Below are positions 1 to 11,252 of a stretch of 53,248 bases of DNA, one piece after another (the stretch's first letter is position 1; each line of letters starts with the position of its first letter). Below the pieces are notes generated by a model. It searched no databases. It was not told where the DNA came from and saw only the letters and a list, made by a program, of their open reading frames with translations. Both the position numbers and the translations under genes were made by a program. This DNA is from Vezdaea acicularis (Eukaryota): positions 1 through 53,248 of the forward strand of contig JAPEUI010000105.1 in NCBI GenBank assembly GCA_026025075.1, read 5' to 3'.

Positions 1-2156
1 ATCTCGGACCACGCGATTTTTAGACCTCCCGCGGGCGACGGACACAGGCCAGCAGCCATACACAAACACCCGCGGCCGCAACCTTGGCATCTTGGGGGGT
101 GGGCGAGCAAGAGCCGTCGGGGGAAAGAGCGTGGGAGGGCGGACGGGGGAGGGGATGGTTCTGGCAGGCGAAAGGAAGCGGACAGCGTCTGGGCGGCTTA
201 ATCGGGTAGGAGTGGAGCTTGGGCGTGGAGGGCCGGCGAAGGCAGGCAGCAGACGAGAGATAAGAAACGAAAGAGCGAGCGGTCCCTCTTTCCCTCTTTG
301 CCCCCCTCCCCGTCGGATTCGGGACCGGGGTCCGGCTCCAGTGGGCCAAGCGACGACGCGGCGGGCGACCTGGCGAGCGAGGGGAAAAAAGGGCTGCAGC
401 GACTGATAGCACCCACCGCCTGACAAAGTCGCGATGCGGTTTCCGATTGTCGACGAAGGGGCAGCCATGCGAGAAGCGGTGCGAGCTATGCGATTGTGCA
501 AAGCGCAAGGCGATCGGGGAGCGACGACAGCAGCAGCGGCAACGGCAGCGGCAGCGATCCGCGCTGCTTGGGTCTTTTTCCCTTGCCGGATGCAGACTGG
601 CGCGGCCGCCCGCACGCGCCCCCTTGCACCGTCGGGGCTGGTCGCCAATCTCAGTCGGGAATGGGGGGGGGACGCGGTCGGCTCACCCTATCGGCGTGGG
701 ATGGGCGATGGGGAGCGGCGATGTCGTGGGCGGGCGTGCACGGGGCGTGGGGTGAGGGCTCCGATCAGTGTTCTGTCCGCGCCCCACCCTCCACCCTTCC
801 TGCTCCCGCGGCAAAAGCCCCTCGTCGCCGCCCTCTGCTGCCCTTCCACGACGGGTACGAGAAGGGGACTTGCGGAACGAGGCAAATGCAAGGCGGCGGG
901 GAGACGAGGAGCTGATTGCAGGGTCGCGAGGGGCCGCCAGGACAATCAAACGGTGCGGACGCACAGGCGGAAGATAGGAAGAAAAGATGAGAAAACCCCC
1001 GCGCGAGAAAAAAACCCACCGCAGGAGCCGCTGTGATAGGGACGGAGCATGGGGGATTGAGCAAACATGAGCATGCAAGGGCGCAATCCAAACAAACAAG
1101 CGCAGGCAAGGGAGCCATCCAGCAATCCAGTCGAGAGCAGGGCAACGCAAGGAGGTGATGGTCACACGAAAGGCAAACGTCGCACAAACACCGCGTCGTC
1201 GTACCATTAGTATGGACTGTTTGCTCGTCCCGTCCGAAAGCAGCGCAAAACATCGCCAGCCCCACGAGGAGGGAAGGAGCAATTGGCCAAAGGATCCACT
1301 CTTGTTTGCGACGGACTGTTCGAACGGACGGAAGGGGAAGGGGCAAGGGGGAGGGGAGGGCTCCTGCTGCGAAAGGAGGATGCGGCCACGGCACGAACGG
1401 CAAACACACCCGTCGGCGTGGATGGAATGAGTGAGTTGAGGAAGAGGTTACGAGACGGACGAGACGTCTGAGGATGTTCGCAGGGTTGGAGGAAGAGGAG
1501 GAGTACAAGGACAAGTATCGCAAAAGTAGCGCTTCCCAGGATCCGGCGCCGCTGTGGGGGGAGGCGCGCGCGCGATGGGGGCCCACCAGAGCTTGGCAAG
1601 CGAGACCGGCAGTCGACTTCGCATCGAAACTCAATCTGGGGGGGGGGAGCTCTTAGGGTGCGCGCCCGTGACCGCCGGCAGGTCCTGCGCACCGCGCGAG
1701 CGAGAACCCTGTGCCCGCCGGCGCGGCGCTGCTGCACGTCTTTTCGCCCAGCAGCCACCGTCGCTACTGCCTCTTTCTCCCCTTCCTCAGCCCTTTTTCG
1801 TTCCTTCCGCCGCGCTCGATGGCGCCGCAGCTTCCACCGCGCCTTCCATCGGGAGTTCGCTCGCCCCTTTCCCCCTTCGGTACGAGGACGTCACCCCCAC
1901 GGGCCGTCGTCCCAGCCACGCGGGCTTCCTTCGGCCCAGGGCCGAGGCAACTTTCTCAGCAGGGACGGCGTGCGAAACGGGCAGACGGGCCCCACGGCTC
2001 GCGCGCGCTCGGGCTTTTCTCCCTCGAAATGTCCCGGCCGTCGCGGCCCTCTCGCCGTTCGCGATGGGGAGGGAGCTCGCCCTCGCTCGCGTCTCTCGGG
2101 AGCGCATCGTTCATCGGCGGACCGACTTCACGGGTAACCAAGCAAGCCGCATCCCA

Positions 2157-2173
2157 CCACACACACACACACA
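2157..2173. repeat. (CA)n microsatellite
   Basis: Short run of CA dinucleotides read directly at about 2157-2173. Confidence 0.8.
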
Positions 2174-2496
2174 CTCGACGCGTAGATGCCAGACCACCCG
2201 CCATCCTCCTTCCCGGACCCCACGAGACGCGCCCAGGAACCTTCGGTGCGTGCCCGCTCTAGCCCTAATCCCGGTTCCAGATCGGAGTTACTTGCGCCTG
2301 GTCGTGGCCATCGGACGCCGCTCGGGCCAGCAACGGCGATGGGGACGATCCGACGGCGTGTTTCGCATCTGGGCTGGAAACCGTGCCTTTGCCCGCCTGA
2401 CAGCGCGCCTAACCTGGTTTCCCTTGGCCGTGGGCCGCTGTCACGTCGGTTGGAGGACAGGAGCTGTTCAAGGGAGATGCGAGAGCGAGGGAGGGT

Positions 2497-2511
2497 GAGA
2501 GAGAGAGAGAG
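2497..2511. repeat. (GA)n microsatellite
   Basis: gagagagagagagag read directly. Confidence 0.8.
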
Positions 2512-2788
2512 CGCAAGGGAAGGAGAGTGGGAGGGTGGGTCGTGGGAGTCAGAGTGAGAACACGATAGAGGATGAGAGCGAGAAAAAGTCTCGGACCCTG
2601 GATCACAAAGACGCATCGGCAGCTGCTGACAGGCCGGCGACAATGGCGATAGCGAGGGCAAACGGCGATATCTCTGCGTCGGCGGTCGTCCCACGGCCTC
2701 CGTTCCGATTCTCGGCGATGAGGCACGGACCGAATCCACGTGGGCGCATCAAGAACGTGTCGGTGGCGAAGAAGACCCATCGCACAAA

Positions 2789-4205
2789 TTACCAGGTTCC
2801 ATCACCACCACCACCAGAGTATTCCCCGATGAAACACTGCCCGTCCTCCCTCCCACTCGCCATGTGCTCCTCGTTTCGCGTTGAGGCATTATAGAAATGC
2901 CCCCCTCGTTGACAGCTCAGTTCCAGCGAGAAATTCGTCCAATCAATTGACACTCGACCGTGAGCGTGGATGCCTTTTGACTTTATAAGGGCCGGGGGTG
3001 CGTCCGTCAGAGAGAGAAAACCCCACGTCGACGGTGGGCATCGCGAGACAAACTCGCCTAAAGTGGATGGCGTGATCTCCAGCGTGGCTTTGCGAAGAGC
3101 TTGGCTTGGCTCATGGAGCCTCGACGTCAGCCTTTCGAAAAAAAGGGTCCGAACGACTTTCATGCCGGTACTTGAGTACTTTGTTTTGCTCGCTGCCCTC
3201 GTCGGCTCCCGGCTGTCCTTCCGCGCTGCATATGTTTGCTTCCTTTTTGTGGCCCTTTTGCCTCTTTTTCTCGTTTCTTCAACTCCTTTCTGTTTGCTTT
3301 TCCGGAAAAGAGCTGCCGAACCCGTTCTATCCTTTTTCTTCCAGTTTGCGTTGAATCTTCTTATAAATCTGGGCCCGTATACGAGCGACAGGTCGCACAA
3401 GGGAAAAAGCGCGGGTCGTGGATGCCAAAGACCCACGAATCAGGTCGGAGCGTGGCGACGCGTGCGTCCCAAAACCTCGACCCTTTAAAGACACGCACGT
3501 TTGAGCATGGATTTCTTCCGTTCTGAGCATTCCAGACCTTTCGTGAAGCGGTTTTACGTAACATTGCGTTTCGCATTCCCTTTGCCCCCACAAGCCCTTT
3601 CAATATATCTCGGAGACTTTTGTCCAGCTGCGAGATCACGTCTTCGAGCACGTCTTCGAGCACGTGTTACGAAACTGGCACAGCATTTCTTGTCCTCGAG
3701 TCAGCTTATCCGAAGCTCTTTTCTTTTCCTATTTCAATCGAAGCCGCTGAAAGCTTTCGCAATGGGAATCTTGGCTGGTTCTCGGTTTTGCCCCCCTTCC
3801 GACTTCCGTCTTCTTCCCATCCGTTCCAGATTCGTACATCTTTTCCCGCCGAACCGAAAATAGGCTTCTAAGCCTCATTCCTCTCTCCCATCTCTTGCTT
3901 TTCCCTTTTCTAGACGTGTAGTGGGAAAAGACGTGATACACGTCTAGAATCACGGCATCGTAACCGAGAAATGCTATACATCTTTCCAATACAAATGAAA
4001 AATCATCATCAAATCTTTGTCTTGAAGCGTGCGTAGAAGAATGAGGCTCCGGACTTGGACGTTGGTGTAAGGCGGTGAGATACCATCTTCGAAGTTGCGC
4101 CTTGTTTACAGGTGCACGAGTTGGTCCCTTCGTTCCTCGTGTTGGGGATGTTTCTGCCCATGGTTTCTTTATCCTGCGAACAATGTCCTTGTTCCGAGTT
4201 CTCAC
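2789..4205 (-). pseudogene. Possible degraded coding remnant: chain of Lys/Arg/Glu-rich minus-strand ORF fragments
   Basis: Three successive minus-strand ORFs (3729-4205, 3361-3663, 2789-3436) with purine bias and helical-looking segments (VLEDVLEDVISQLDKSLRDILKGL). They are separated by a stop and frame changes. No domain recognised and no convincing splice path found. Confidence 0.2.
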
Positions 4206-4590
4206 TCATTTCATCTTGCAAACTACGCGTTGAATCTGTTGCGAGCACCAGAAAGACTGTCACAGAACAAAGTTCTGTAATTGCTTGTCAGAGTACGGTT
4301 GCCTGATGCTGTCTACGAAGCTGTGCATAGTTCGCTGTTGCACGTGTTGGCCCTGTTCCTTCCTCGTCTGGGTGGTTCCTGCCCAATATGTCCCTTTGTT
4401 CTGCGAACAACGTCCTTGTTCTGAAAACTCATCCATTTCATACTACGAATTACGCTTCGAATCTATTGTGAGCACCAGAGATACTGTTGCAGATTGTTTA
4501 CAGAACAACCACCCTCCCTTTCTCGCCCATCTCAGTCATCTGAACTCTGCGCTGAACATGCTTTCAACACCAGAAACACTGTTGCAGAGC
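4089..4590. repeat. Degenerate tandem duplication, period about 226 bp (two copies plus a partial third)
   Basis: tgcacgagttggtcccttcgttcctcgt (4113) vs tgcacgtgttggccctgttccttcctcgt (4339); ctgcgaacaatgtccttgttccga vs ctgcgaacaacgtccttgttctga; gagcaccagaaagactgt vs gagcaccagagatactgt; third partial caccagaaacactgttgcaga near 4568. Confidence 0.8.
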
Positions 4591-4711
4591 CTCTCGCTGG
4601 ACAATCACTGTATTGTATTGACCATGGGGGATTTAAGAGCTATGGTCCACCATGGGATCAATATCCTTCTAAGAACCACAGACCCCTTTACCACTCGATC
4701 TCACTACGAAA

Positions 4712-5464
4712 ATGACCTCTGCTACTATAGCTACTATGCGTCCCACCCTACGCATTACGATCCCAGCACGCGCTACGTACACCACGGAAACTACTATCAG
4801 GCCATTTCTGCGCCTTAGAATATTCGGACCAAGGGAGTTGCCACCCCACGAGCAATTCCCATATTGGTGCTCCGTTGATTCGGAGTCGGAGTGGGATTGG
4901 CGGGACCATTTCCTGCTATCCCCCATGGTGGCCCTGACGGCCTCGCCGACATACTTTCGGTACAACTGGGAGTACCCAAGGTGGAGACCGCCCCAGTCTC
5001 CTCGCTCAGAGGAGGGAGACTGGGCCCAATCCTCAGAATTGGCTGCAGACCCCGCTGCAGAACAAACTGTGAATGATTTTTCATTCGCTACGAACCTTGC
5101 TGCAGAGCTCGCTGCAGCACAGCTTGACAACGCCGACTCCCCGTCGTATTACGAAGGGGAGGGGCATGCGAGGACAGAGTCCTCGCGTTCCGACAGGGCC
5201 TGCTGGTCAGGTCGTCTCGGGGGGATGCCGGTCTCCCGGATCTATGCTGATCTTGTTCGGCGCGGGGATATCGAAGGCGAAGACGAGAACGAGGAGGAGG
5301 TCGAAGGGGGCAGCGCTGGCGCCGCTACGGAACCTGAGGATGAGGCTAAGGACTCTGGGGTTGGAGAAGAGGATGCTGAGGAAATCGAGGGGAAGGGCGA
5401 AGATGGTGAGCTACTCCCTTACCCCGGGCAGGACGGTGAGTACCCCTCTACGATGACCTCCTGA
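4712..5464 (+). CDS. Orphan hypothetical protein, 250 aa, Trp/Pro-rich N-half and highly acidic C-terminus
   Basis: Single ATG-to-TGA ORF (aaaATGacc context) with a protein-like biased composition (Glu/Asp tail). No family recognised. Confidence 0.45.
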   Translation: MTSATIATMRPTLRITIPARATYTTETTIRPFLRLRIFGPRELPPHEQFPYWCSVDSESEWDWRDHFLLSPMVALTASPTYFRYNWEYPRWRPPQSPRSEEGDWAQSSELAADPAAEQTVNDFSFATNLAAELAAAQLDNADSPSYYEGEGHARTESSRSDRACWSGRLGGMPVSRIYADLVRRGDIEGEDENEEEVEGGSAGAATEPEDEAKDSGVGEEDAEEIEGKGEDGELLPYPGQDGEYPSTMTS

Positions 5465-6231
5465 ACAGCGGCGAACTAGAGGATGACGACAAAGTTGGCC
5501 TGGATGCCATGGACAAAAACATCCCCTTCGAACCGACTATATACCTTTAAAGAGAAATAAAAGTTCAACAACGCTGACGAGCGGATAGATCTCTATAATA
5601 ATTCGTCCAAGCCATAGAAAGGTCGAAAAGGTGGGTTACTCCAGCTCAAACAACGAGTAACAACCCCACAGGGATCCGCTCGCCGCCCACGCACTATCTC
5701 CGACCGTCTCCCAGATCACTAAGTTCCTCAATCTCCTTCCTCCCGCAAAGATAGAACAATTGTTCTGTCCTCATAGTTAATCCCTTCCTTCTCTTCTCTC
5801 TTGATTGACTCTTTGGTCCGAAGGAGAGGAGGAATCGCTTCTTCCTCTTCTCCAGTCTTTTCTTGTATTTCTCTGGTTGTTTTTGGGAAGTAACTGGGTT
5901 TCTTCTTCTCTTGTCTTCTCTTTATTTTTTCAGTTGTTCTGGGAAGGAACTGGTTTCGTTCCCGGGTTTTGGTTCAACTTTTTTTCGTCTAGGGATGGGA
6001 TGGGGTAATAAGTAATATATGTGGTTCGTGGGTAATAAATCTTGTTTGAAGTGTGAACGTGGATGATGCATGTGAGATTGTGAAGGCAGCGTATTGTGCT
6101 TGTGCCTCATATATGACCGATATAGAACAGATACGCATACTGTACAACCCCAGAACCCCCCTTCTCGCTGCCAAACCCACGCGCATTCCCAAACCCCCAC
6201 TAATTACACGACTACACATGCATACTTCACA

Positions 6232-6309
6232 CCCCCTTCCCTTCCCTCCTTTCCCTCCCTTCCCTCCTTTCCCTCCTTTTCCCTCTTTTTCCCTCCTTTT
6301 CCCTCCTCC
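6232..6309. repeat. Pure polypyrimidine minisatellite, (TTCCCTCCT)n-like
   Basis: About 78 bp of only C/T built from 9-10 nt units (ccctccttt, ccctcctttt). Confidence 0.85.
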
Positions 6310-6852
6310 AGAACCCCGCTCCTAGCCCCCTTGCACCACCAGCATCTATCCGTCAAGCAGACCTTGAAGCCACTCACTCAATTGACGGACGCTGAGTTCT
6401 CTCTCCCACACAACAAGAGCAGATTCATTCCTCCCTCGGTGGTGGCCAAACCCTCAATCAGGCCAGACCAGGCTAGGCTTGGATAGGATAGCGTTGTTAT
6501 CGTGTCCTGTGTCGGTCATTTGAGTGCGGGTTCGACGATGGATGGCTTTGGCTTTGAGGTGTGATCACCGTCCAGGAACAGCGGAGGGGTTGTCGTGTAA
6601 TCGCTCGCCAATACAGGGCGCCGTGCTGGTACCGTTTGCCCTTCGCTCGCAGGCAGGTATTGTTGGTATTTTCTGTTCACTCACCCTGGCGCTTCGTAAG
6701 TGTTGGCAAGGCAATCGCGAAAACGCTCGCCATTAAACCTGTCTGTATCGACGATGCAGATGCAACTGGGACGGATGCGCGTACGATAAACCCCCGGATA
6801 TTCCTACTCTTTGACGCCGAATATCCCGTGTTGCGAAAACGCCACGTATACA

Positions 6853-8177
6853 TCACAACTCCTTCCCCTCCTCCTTTCTCTTCTTACTTTCTTCCTTACC
6901 CTTCTTCTCCCTCCTCTGGATCCACCCCTCCGCGCCCACGCCGCCAAACACCATGCCCACACCGACCCACTGCATACCGCTCAGTCGATGACCGAACCAG
7001 ACCACACTGAGCAGCATGGTGAGCATCTTCCTCGTGACCGTGACCGTGACAAGGAGGAGGCTGCTGAAGCGGGCTAGGGTGGTGAAGATGAAGAGTTGGC
7101 CGACGGCGCCGCAGAGAGCGAAGAGGAAGACGTCCAGGGCTAGGGGGGGGTGGGTGAGGAGGAGGGAGGAGGCTGCTGTGAGTTCGTTGGGGGCGGATAA
7201 GGGGGTGGATAGGGAAAAGAGGGGGGAGAGGAGGGGGGATAGTACGAGGTAAGAGGTGGTGAGGAGGGTTGTGAGGATGTTCTGAGCGGCCATCATTTGC
7301 GGGCCGGTGAAGGGCTGCAGAGTGCTGAAGATGTGGTCTTGCGTTGCGTTTGTAAGGCCGTCGAGGAGGAGGTTGATGGCCAGTAAGAACAAGCCCCAGG
7401 CGGAAGACTTTTTGTCGGTGGTGGAGGCACCCTTCTTATTAGATGACGCGGATGAAGGGTGGTACAGTGTGAAAGTGGCGACGCCAAGAGTGACGAGAAG
7501 GACGACGAGGTATTTGGATAGTGCGTACCGCTTTCGGAACACAGTCAGGTGCAGCGCCATTACGGGCAGCAGTTTGCAGCTTTTGGCGAGGATGAAGGTC
7601 AGGTAGTCGATATGCGCTAAGGCGGCGTAGCCGAAGGGTGAGGCGAGGGAGGAGGTGAGGCTTATGAGGAGGAGAGGCGGGAGGAGGGCGCGGGGGCGGG
7701 AGAAGATGGTTGGGGGGAGGGCTGAGCGTGGAGTTGTGCTCCATAGGTAGAGGTAGCCTGTTAGAGAGGCGAGGAGGGATTGGAGCGTGTTGAGGAAGAT
7801 AGGGTGCCGAAAGCGGACGGGGGAGTCGGGTGGGCCATAGGAGGTTGTGGTTATGCGCTCTTGGAGGAGGGCCCAGGTGAGGCTGGAGGAGTCAGTTGGT
7901 GGGGTGTTTTTTGGGGGGGGGGGATAGGGGGGGAGGTATACAAGGAGGCGTAGATGCCGCCGATGCAGAAGAGGAGTTCTGTCAAGCCGGCTTCTTTTGG
8001 TTTGTGGTCGAAGTGGTCAGAGTGTATAACTAGTAGCTTTTCATCTGGTTCTGGCTTCTCGTCGGAGGAGTCGTGCAGGGTTGTGACGCGTTTTGTAGGG
8101 CCGGGTTTCTCGGAGCGCGGGATCTGCTCTGAGGACGGGTTGCGCCGGACGGGCGTGGCTTGTTTTGTGCGCGCCAT
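6853..8177 (-). CDS. HUT1: UDP-galactose/nucleotide-sugar transporter family (Hut1/SLC35B1-like), 421 aa
   Basis: Exons 8177-7942 and 7882-6853 (59 nt intron GTATAC..ACTGAC..CAG). Motifs CIGGIYASFLTWALLQERIT, HIDYLTFILAKSCKLLPVM, LLDGLTNATQD, VTVTVTRKMLTMLLSVVWFGH; Lys-rich C-terminus. Confidence 0.93.
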
Positions 8178-8457
8178 TGATGCTGAAGAAATGAAGTGCG
8201 AGACGCTGTAAGCAAATTCAAGGCTTGAAAGGAGTCGTCAGTTCATCGCGGTGCTGGGGCTGTTGGAATGCGCGAAGGGGTGAACAGGTGGTGAGCGTCT
8301 CAACTTGCGATCTGGCCCAAAATTTTGGGAGCTCCCCCAGCCAAGAGCCGCATAAGCGCGGAACATTACCGAGGCGGCGAAGCTCGACTCCGCATCGACT
8401 GCACGGCTAGCATCATACATACCAAGGTCCGTCGACCGACTCCTTGGACCCCCAGCC

Positions 8458-10197
8458 ATGCATCCACCGCGGATACGGAGCATCACTCTGAATCGGCCGT
8501 CTTATTCGTTGAAAGGGTCCGGAGCGCCACGCCTGGTGCCGTTCGGTTCGCGATGCTTCTCCCAGAGGACTCAGCTCGGTGCTATCAATCAGCGTGTACA
8601 GCCCTTCGCCCCCTCGAGCATTCGCGCTAATCTGGTTTATTTCCGCCACGGGGCACAGTGCCATTTCGTACGACCCATCAGCACAGAAAGGAAGCAATGG
8701 ATCCGGAGCGAGATCTTTGTCGCCGGCAAATGGACGGTTTTTATATGGGCGTCGGTGGTCTTGGTCTCCGTTGCCGCCTTTGGACTCCGGCATGAAGGCC
8801 TCGAAAGGCAATACCCATCGCCTCGAGAATGGAGTTGGCGCAGCCGTATGCACTACCGCGAGGCACGACAAGCAGAAGAGCAAGGCACCCAAGGCGTTGC
8901 GATGGGGGGATGGGTGACTGCGATGAGTGCGTATAGGAGGCTACTTGCGCGGCTGGAAGATCCGGCAATCGACGGCAGCAACCTAGAAGAGCAAGGAGAG
9001 GGTGGCATATTAGTTGCTGGTATTGGCAAAGCGGGAATGGATATAACCCACAAGTCAGAGCCCTGGCGAAGGGCATATTTTGCCACGCTCTTTGGCCTTG
9101 CGAAAGCTGTAGAGCATCTCGATGGCCATGTCCTCGACAAGACGCGGAAGTTGATATTCCCAGCTGAGGTCGTCGTTGGGCCATCGAATCCTCGTCCGCG
9201 GCCCGTGGAGCCTGGTGCGCCTGCGGCGCCGCTTGAACAGGACTGCGAGCCTGCCTCTGTCGGACCGGAAGTATACTATACGAAAATACTTACCACGCAC
9301 GGCTTCACCAACAGGCAACGGCTTGATGCAGCACTAGCATATGGCGACTGGCTCAACTTCAAGGGACTCCCAGACGCCGCTGGGGAGATGTACAAATGGG
9401 GTCTCGACATATCATTGTCGCCGTACTCAGACCCTTCGAGTATCGTCGATCCAAAGACAAAAACACTTAGACATGACGGTCCTGCGCCCTCGGAAATTGT
9501 CCTGCATGCGCTTACGAGCTTGGCAACGCACCATGCGCGGAATTCAGATGTTGCTTCGGCTCTTCCAATCTATTTGTCGGTCCTACGTGCACGAAGGTCA
9601 CTTGTTGAGCCAGCGCAAGTAGCTAGACAGTCGCAGCGGCGTGCATTCTACGACGATCAGCCCGTTCAATCTAATTTCTCGGCCCTCGTTTCTTTGCTGA
9701 GGTTTTATCTGATTCCACCTGAGTATCCTCCAGCCCCAGCCACTGGAGATGAAACACCCGTGCGAGACGCAGCCGAACTATGTGAAGAGGCTGGTCTGAT
9801 GGCTTATATCGGCGAAGTACTTTACACGTCAGCCCCAGCATCTAGAGAAGCTGGCATAACTTGGACCAGGGAAGCTGTCGATATGGCAGAGACTCAATTA
9901 CTGGACTCAAGGGTGGACACTGAGGAAGCAAAGAGTCGGTGTCAAGAATGTTTGGAGACGGGGTTGGACAACTGGTCCAACATGGTTGCGAGGCTCGTTT
10001 GGGAAGAGAAATCTCGAAAGGCATCTGCGAAAGAAGGCTCAAGCTGGAGTCTAGGGCTGACGGGGAATCAAGAACAAAGCCTGGGAAGGTGGGAAGCAGA
10101 AGCCAAGGTGGCCGCGGATAGGAGAAAGAAAGTGGGACAAGCCCTGACAGATAGGAACTTAGGTAAGACGGGCACTGGCGCGTTGGTGATTGGATGA
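8458..10197 (+). CDS. Conserved hypothetical protein, 579 aa, with Arg/Ser-rich presequence-like N-terminus, one TM helix and a helical C-domain; probably mitochondrial
   Basis: Long intronless ORF divergent from HUT1. Single hydrophobic segment WTVFIWASVVLVSVAAFGL, followed by YPSPREWS, RLEDPAIDG and KSEPWRRAYF motifs that I recall from Pezizomycotina hypothetical proteins. Confidence 0.8.
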   Translation: MHPPRIRSITLNRPSYSLKGSGAPRLVPFGSRCFSQRTQLGAINQRVQPFAPSSIRANLVYFRHGAQCHFVRPISTERKQWIRSEIFVAGKWTVFIWASVVLVSVAAFGLRHEGLERQYPSPREWSWRSRMHYREARQAEEQGTQGVAMGGWVTAMSAYRRLLARLEDPAIDGSNLEEQGEGGILVAGIGKAGMDITHKSEPWRRAYFATLFGLAKAVEHLDGHVLDKTRKLIFPAEVVVGPSNPRPRPVEPGAPAAPLEQDCEPASVGPEVYYTKILTTHGFTNRQRLDAALAYGDWLNFKGLPDAAGEMYKWGLDISLSPYSDPSSIVDPKTKTLRHDGPAPSEIVLHALTSLATHHARNSDVASALPIYLSVLRARRSLVEPAQVARQSQRRAFYDDQPVQSNFSALVSLLRFYLIPPEYPPAPATGDETPVRDAAELCEEAGLMAYIGEVLYTSAPASREAGITWTREAVDMAETQLLDSRVDTEEAKSRCQECLETGLDNWSNMVARLVWEEKSRKASAKEGSSWSLGLTGNQEQSLGRWEAEAKVAADRRKKVGQALTDRNLGKTGTGALVIG

Positions 10198-10355
10198 GCG
10201 AGGGCACCCTCCACTCGAGCTATGTCCAGGAGCTCCACCAACGCAATAGATCTCTTCCTATCATTATTCAAGAAAGCCTTCCTCGCCCTGAACGCCTCTG
10301 CTCCAAAAGCTGTCGAAGATCGCAAACGCCAATCGCACATCTACAACACAAATGC

Positions 10356-11252
10356 CTAATTCTCAACCCCTAGCATACCCTTCAGGCCGGAGTCTACCGC
10401 TCTCCACCACCTTCCCCTTTCTTCCAAATCATCGCCAGCCCCTCCTACGCCCTCTTCTTTCCTCCTCCTGGCTTCTCTCGCTGCGGATGTGCTGCCGAGT
10501 CTCTGCACTTCGAGCGGCTTGAGCTCTGCTTCCAACCTATCCAACTCGCGTGTTTTGCGAGGAAGAGTCGACTGCAGCGTCGCCACCTGATGATTGAGAT
10601 GCGCAAGCTCTGCCTCGCGTTCCTCGAGAAGAGACTGTGTCGCTGGTAAAGGCAATGCTAGCGAAGGGTTCGTCTGCTGAGACTGTGTCGCGCGAAGTCG
10701 AGCTATCGAGACTTGCAGGTTTGTAATGGATTCCGGCAAAGTCTCGAGTTGTGATGTTTGGAGCTTAATAGCATCGTAGCGAAGACTCAAGTCCCGCCCC
10801 CGACGCTCCAGCTCTGCTACCAGGTCCGCCACCTCGGCCTTTTGTGCCTTCAGAGACGCCTTGACCTCCGTCAGCTGTGCCTCCATCTCCACATTTTCTT
10901 GGTGCTCGACGATGAGAGGAGGATCCCCGACGATTGCGCGCAAGAATTTTTCCTTCGTGACCTGTTCGAGGTAAGAGAAACGCAGCTTCGAGAATAGCTC
11001 CTGCCGCGTCGTTGATCAGCAACGTAGTGAGGAAGGAGAGTTGGTATTTGGGTATACTTTGTAATGGGACAGATCGGCCTCCAGGCTTGCCGGCGTGGGG
11101 TTCTCAAAGGCGTCGGCGGATACATCAGAGCTGCGCGTTGCACTGCTTTGCGCCTCTGCTGATATTGGCTCGCTGAGCTTGATTATGGAGAGAGTGTATG
11201 AATCATGAATCGTGGAAAGCTTCCGTAGAACTTCTGCGTGGTCTGCAGCCAT
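10356..11252 (-). CDS. SOS7: Kinetochore protein Sos7 (Spc7/KNL1-binding coiled coil), 279 aa
   Basis: Exons 11252-11058 and 11000-10356 (57 nt intron). The joined sequence gives the hallmark LEADLSHYKELFSKLRFSYLEQVTKEKFLRAIVGDPP, a coiled coil, and C-terminal DDLEERGRWWR. Confidence 0.88.

Noticed and set aside
20..2894. Long overlapping ORFs of up to 314 aa in the left flank
   Set aside because: Arg/Gly/Ala/Pro-rich in all six frames, which is explained by stop-codon scarcity in GC-rich DNA; no motifs.
2255..3950. Telomerase RNA candidate (pseudoknot-like element plus TAGCCCTAA)
   Set aside because: No 1.5-repeat TAACCCTAA template on either strand, and the stems lack the U-A.U triple-helix pattern.
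4089..4590. Repeats as a CRISPR array or LTR pair
   Set aside because: Eukaryotic context and long degenerate adjacent units with no spacers, TG..CA ends or target-site duplication.
6116..6134. Minus-strand GTATCTGTTCTATATCGGT resembles the U2 snRNA branch-pairing/stem IIa region
   Set aside because: The flanking U2 hallmarks (GGCCTTTTGGCTAAGATCAAGTGTA, stem IIa closure, Sm site) are absent; most likely chance.
6526..6545. GGTTCGA tRNA T-loop-like motif
   Set aside because: No T-stem pairing, acceptor stem or D-arm.
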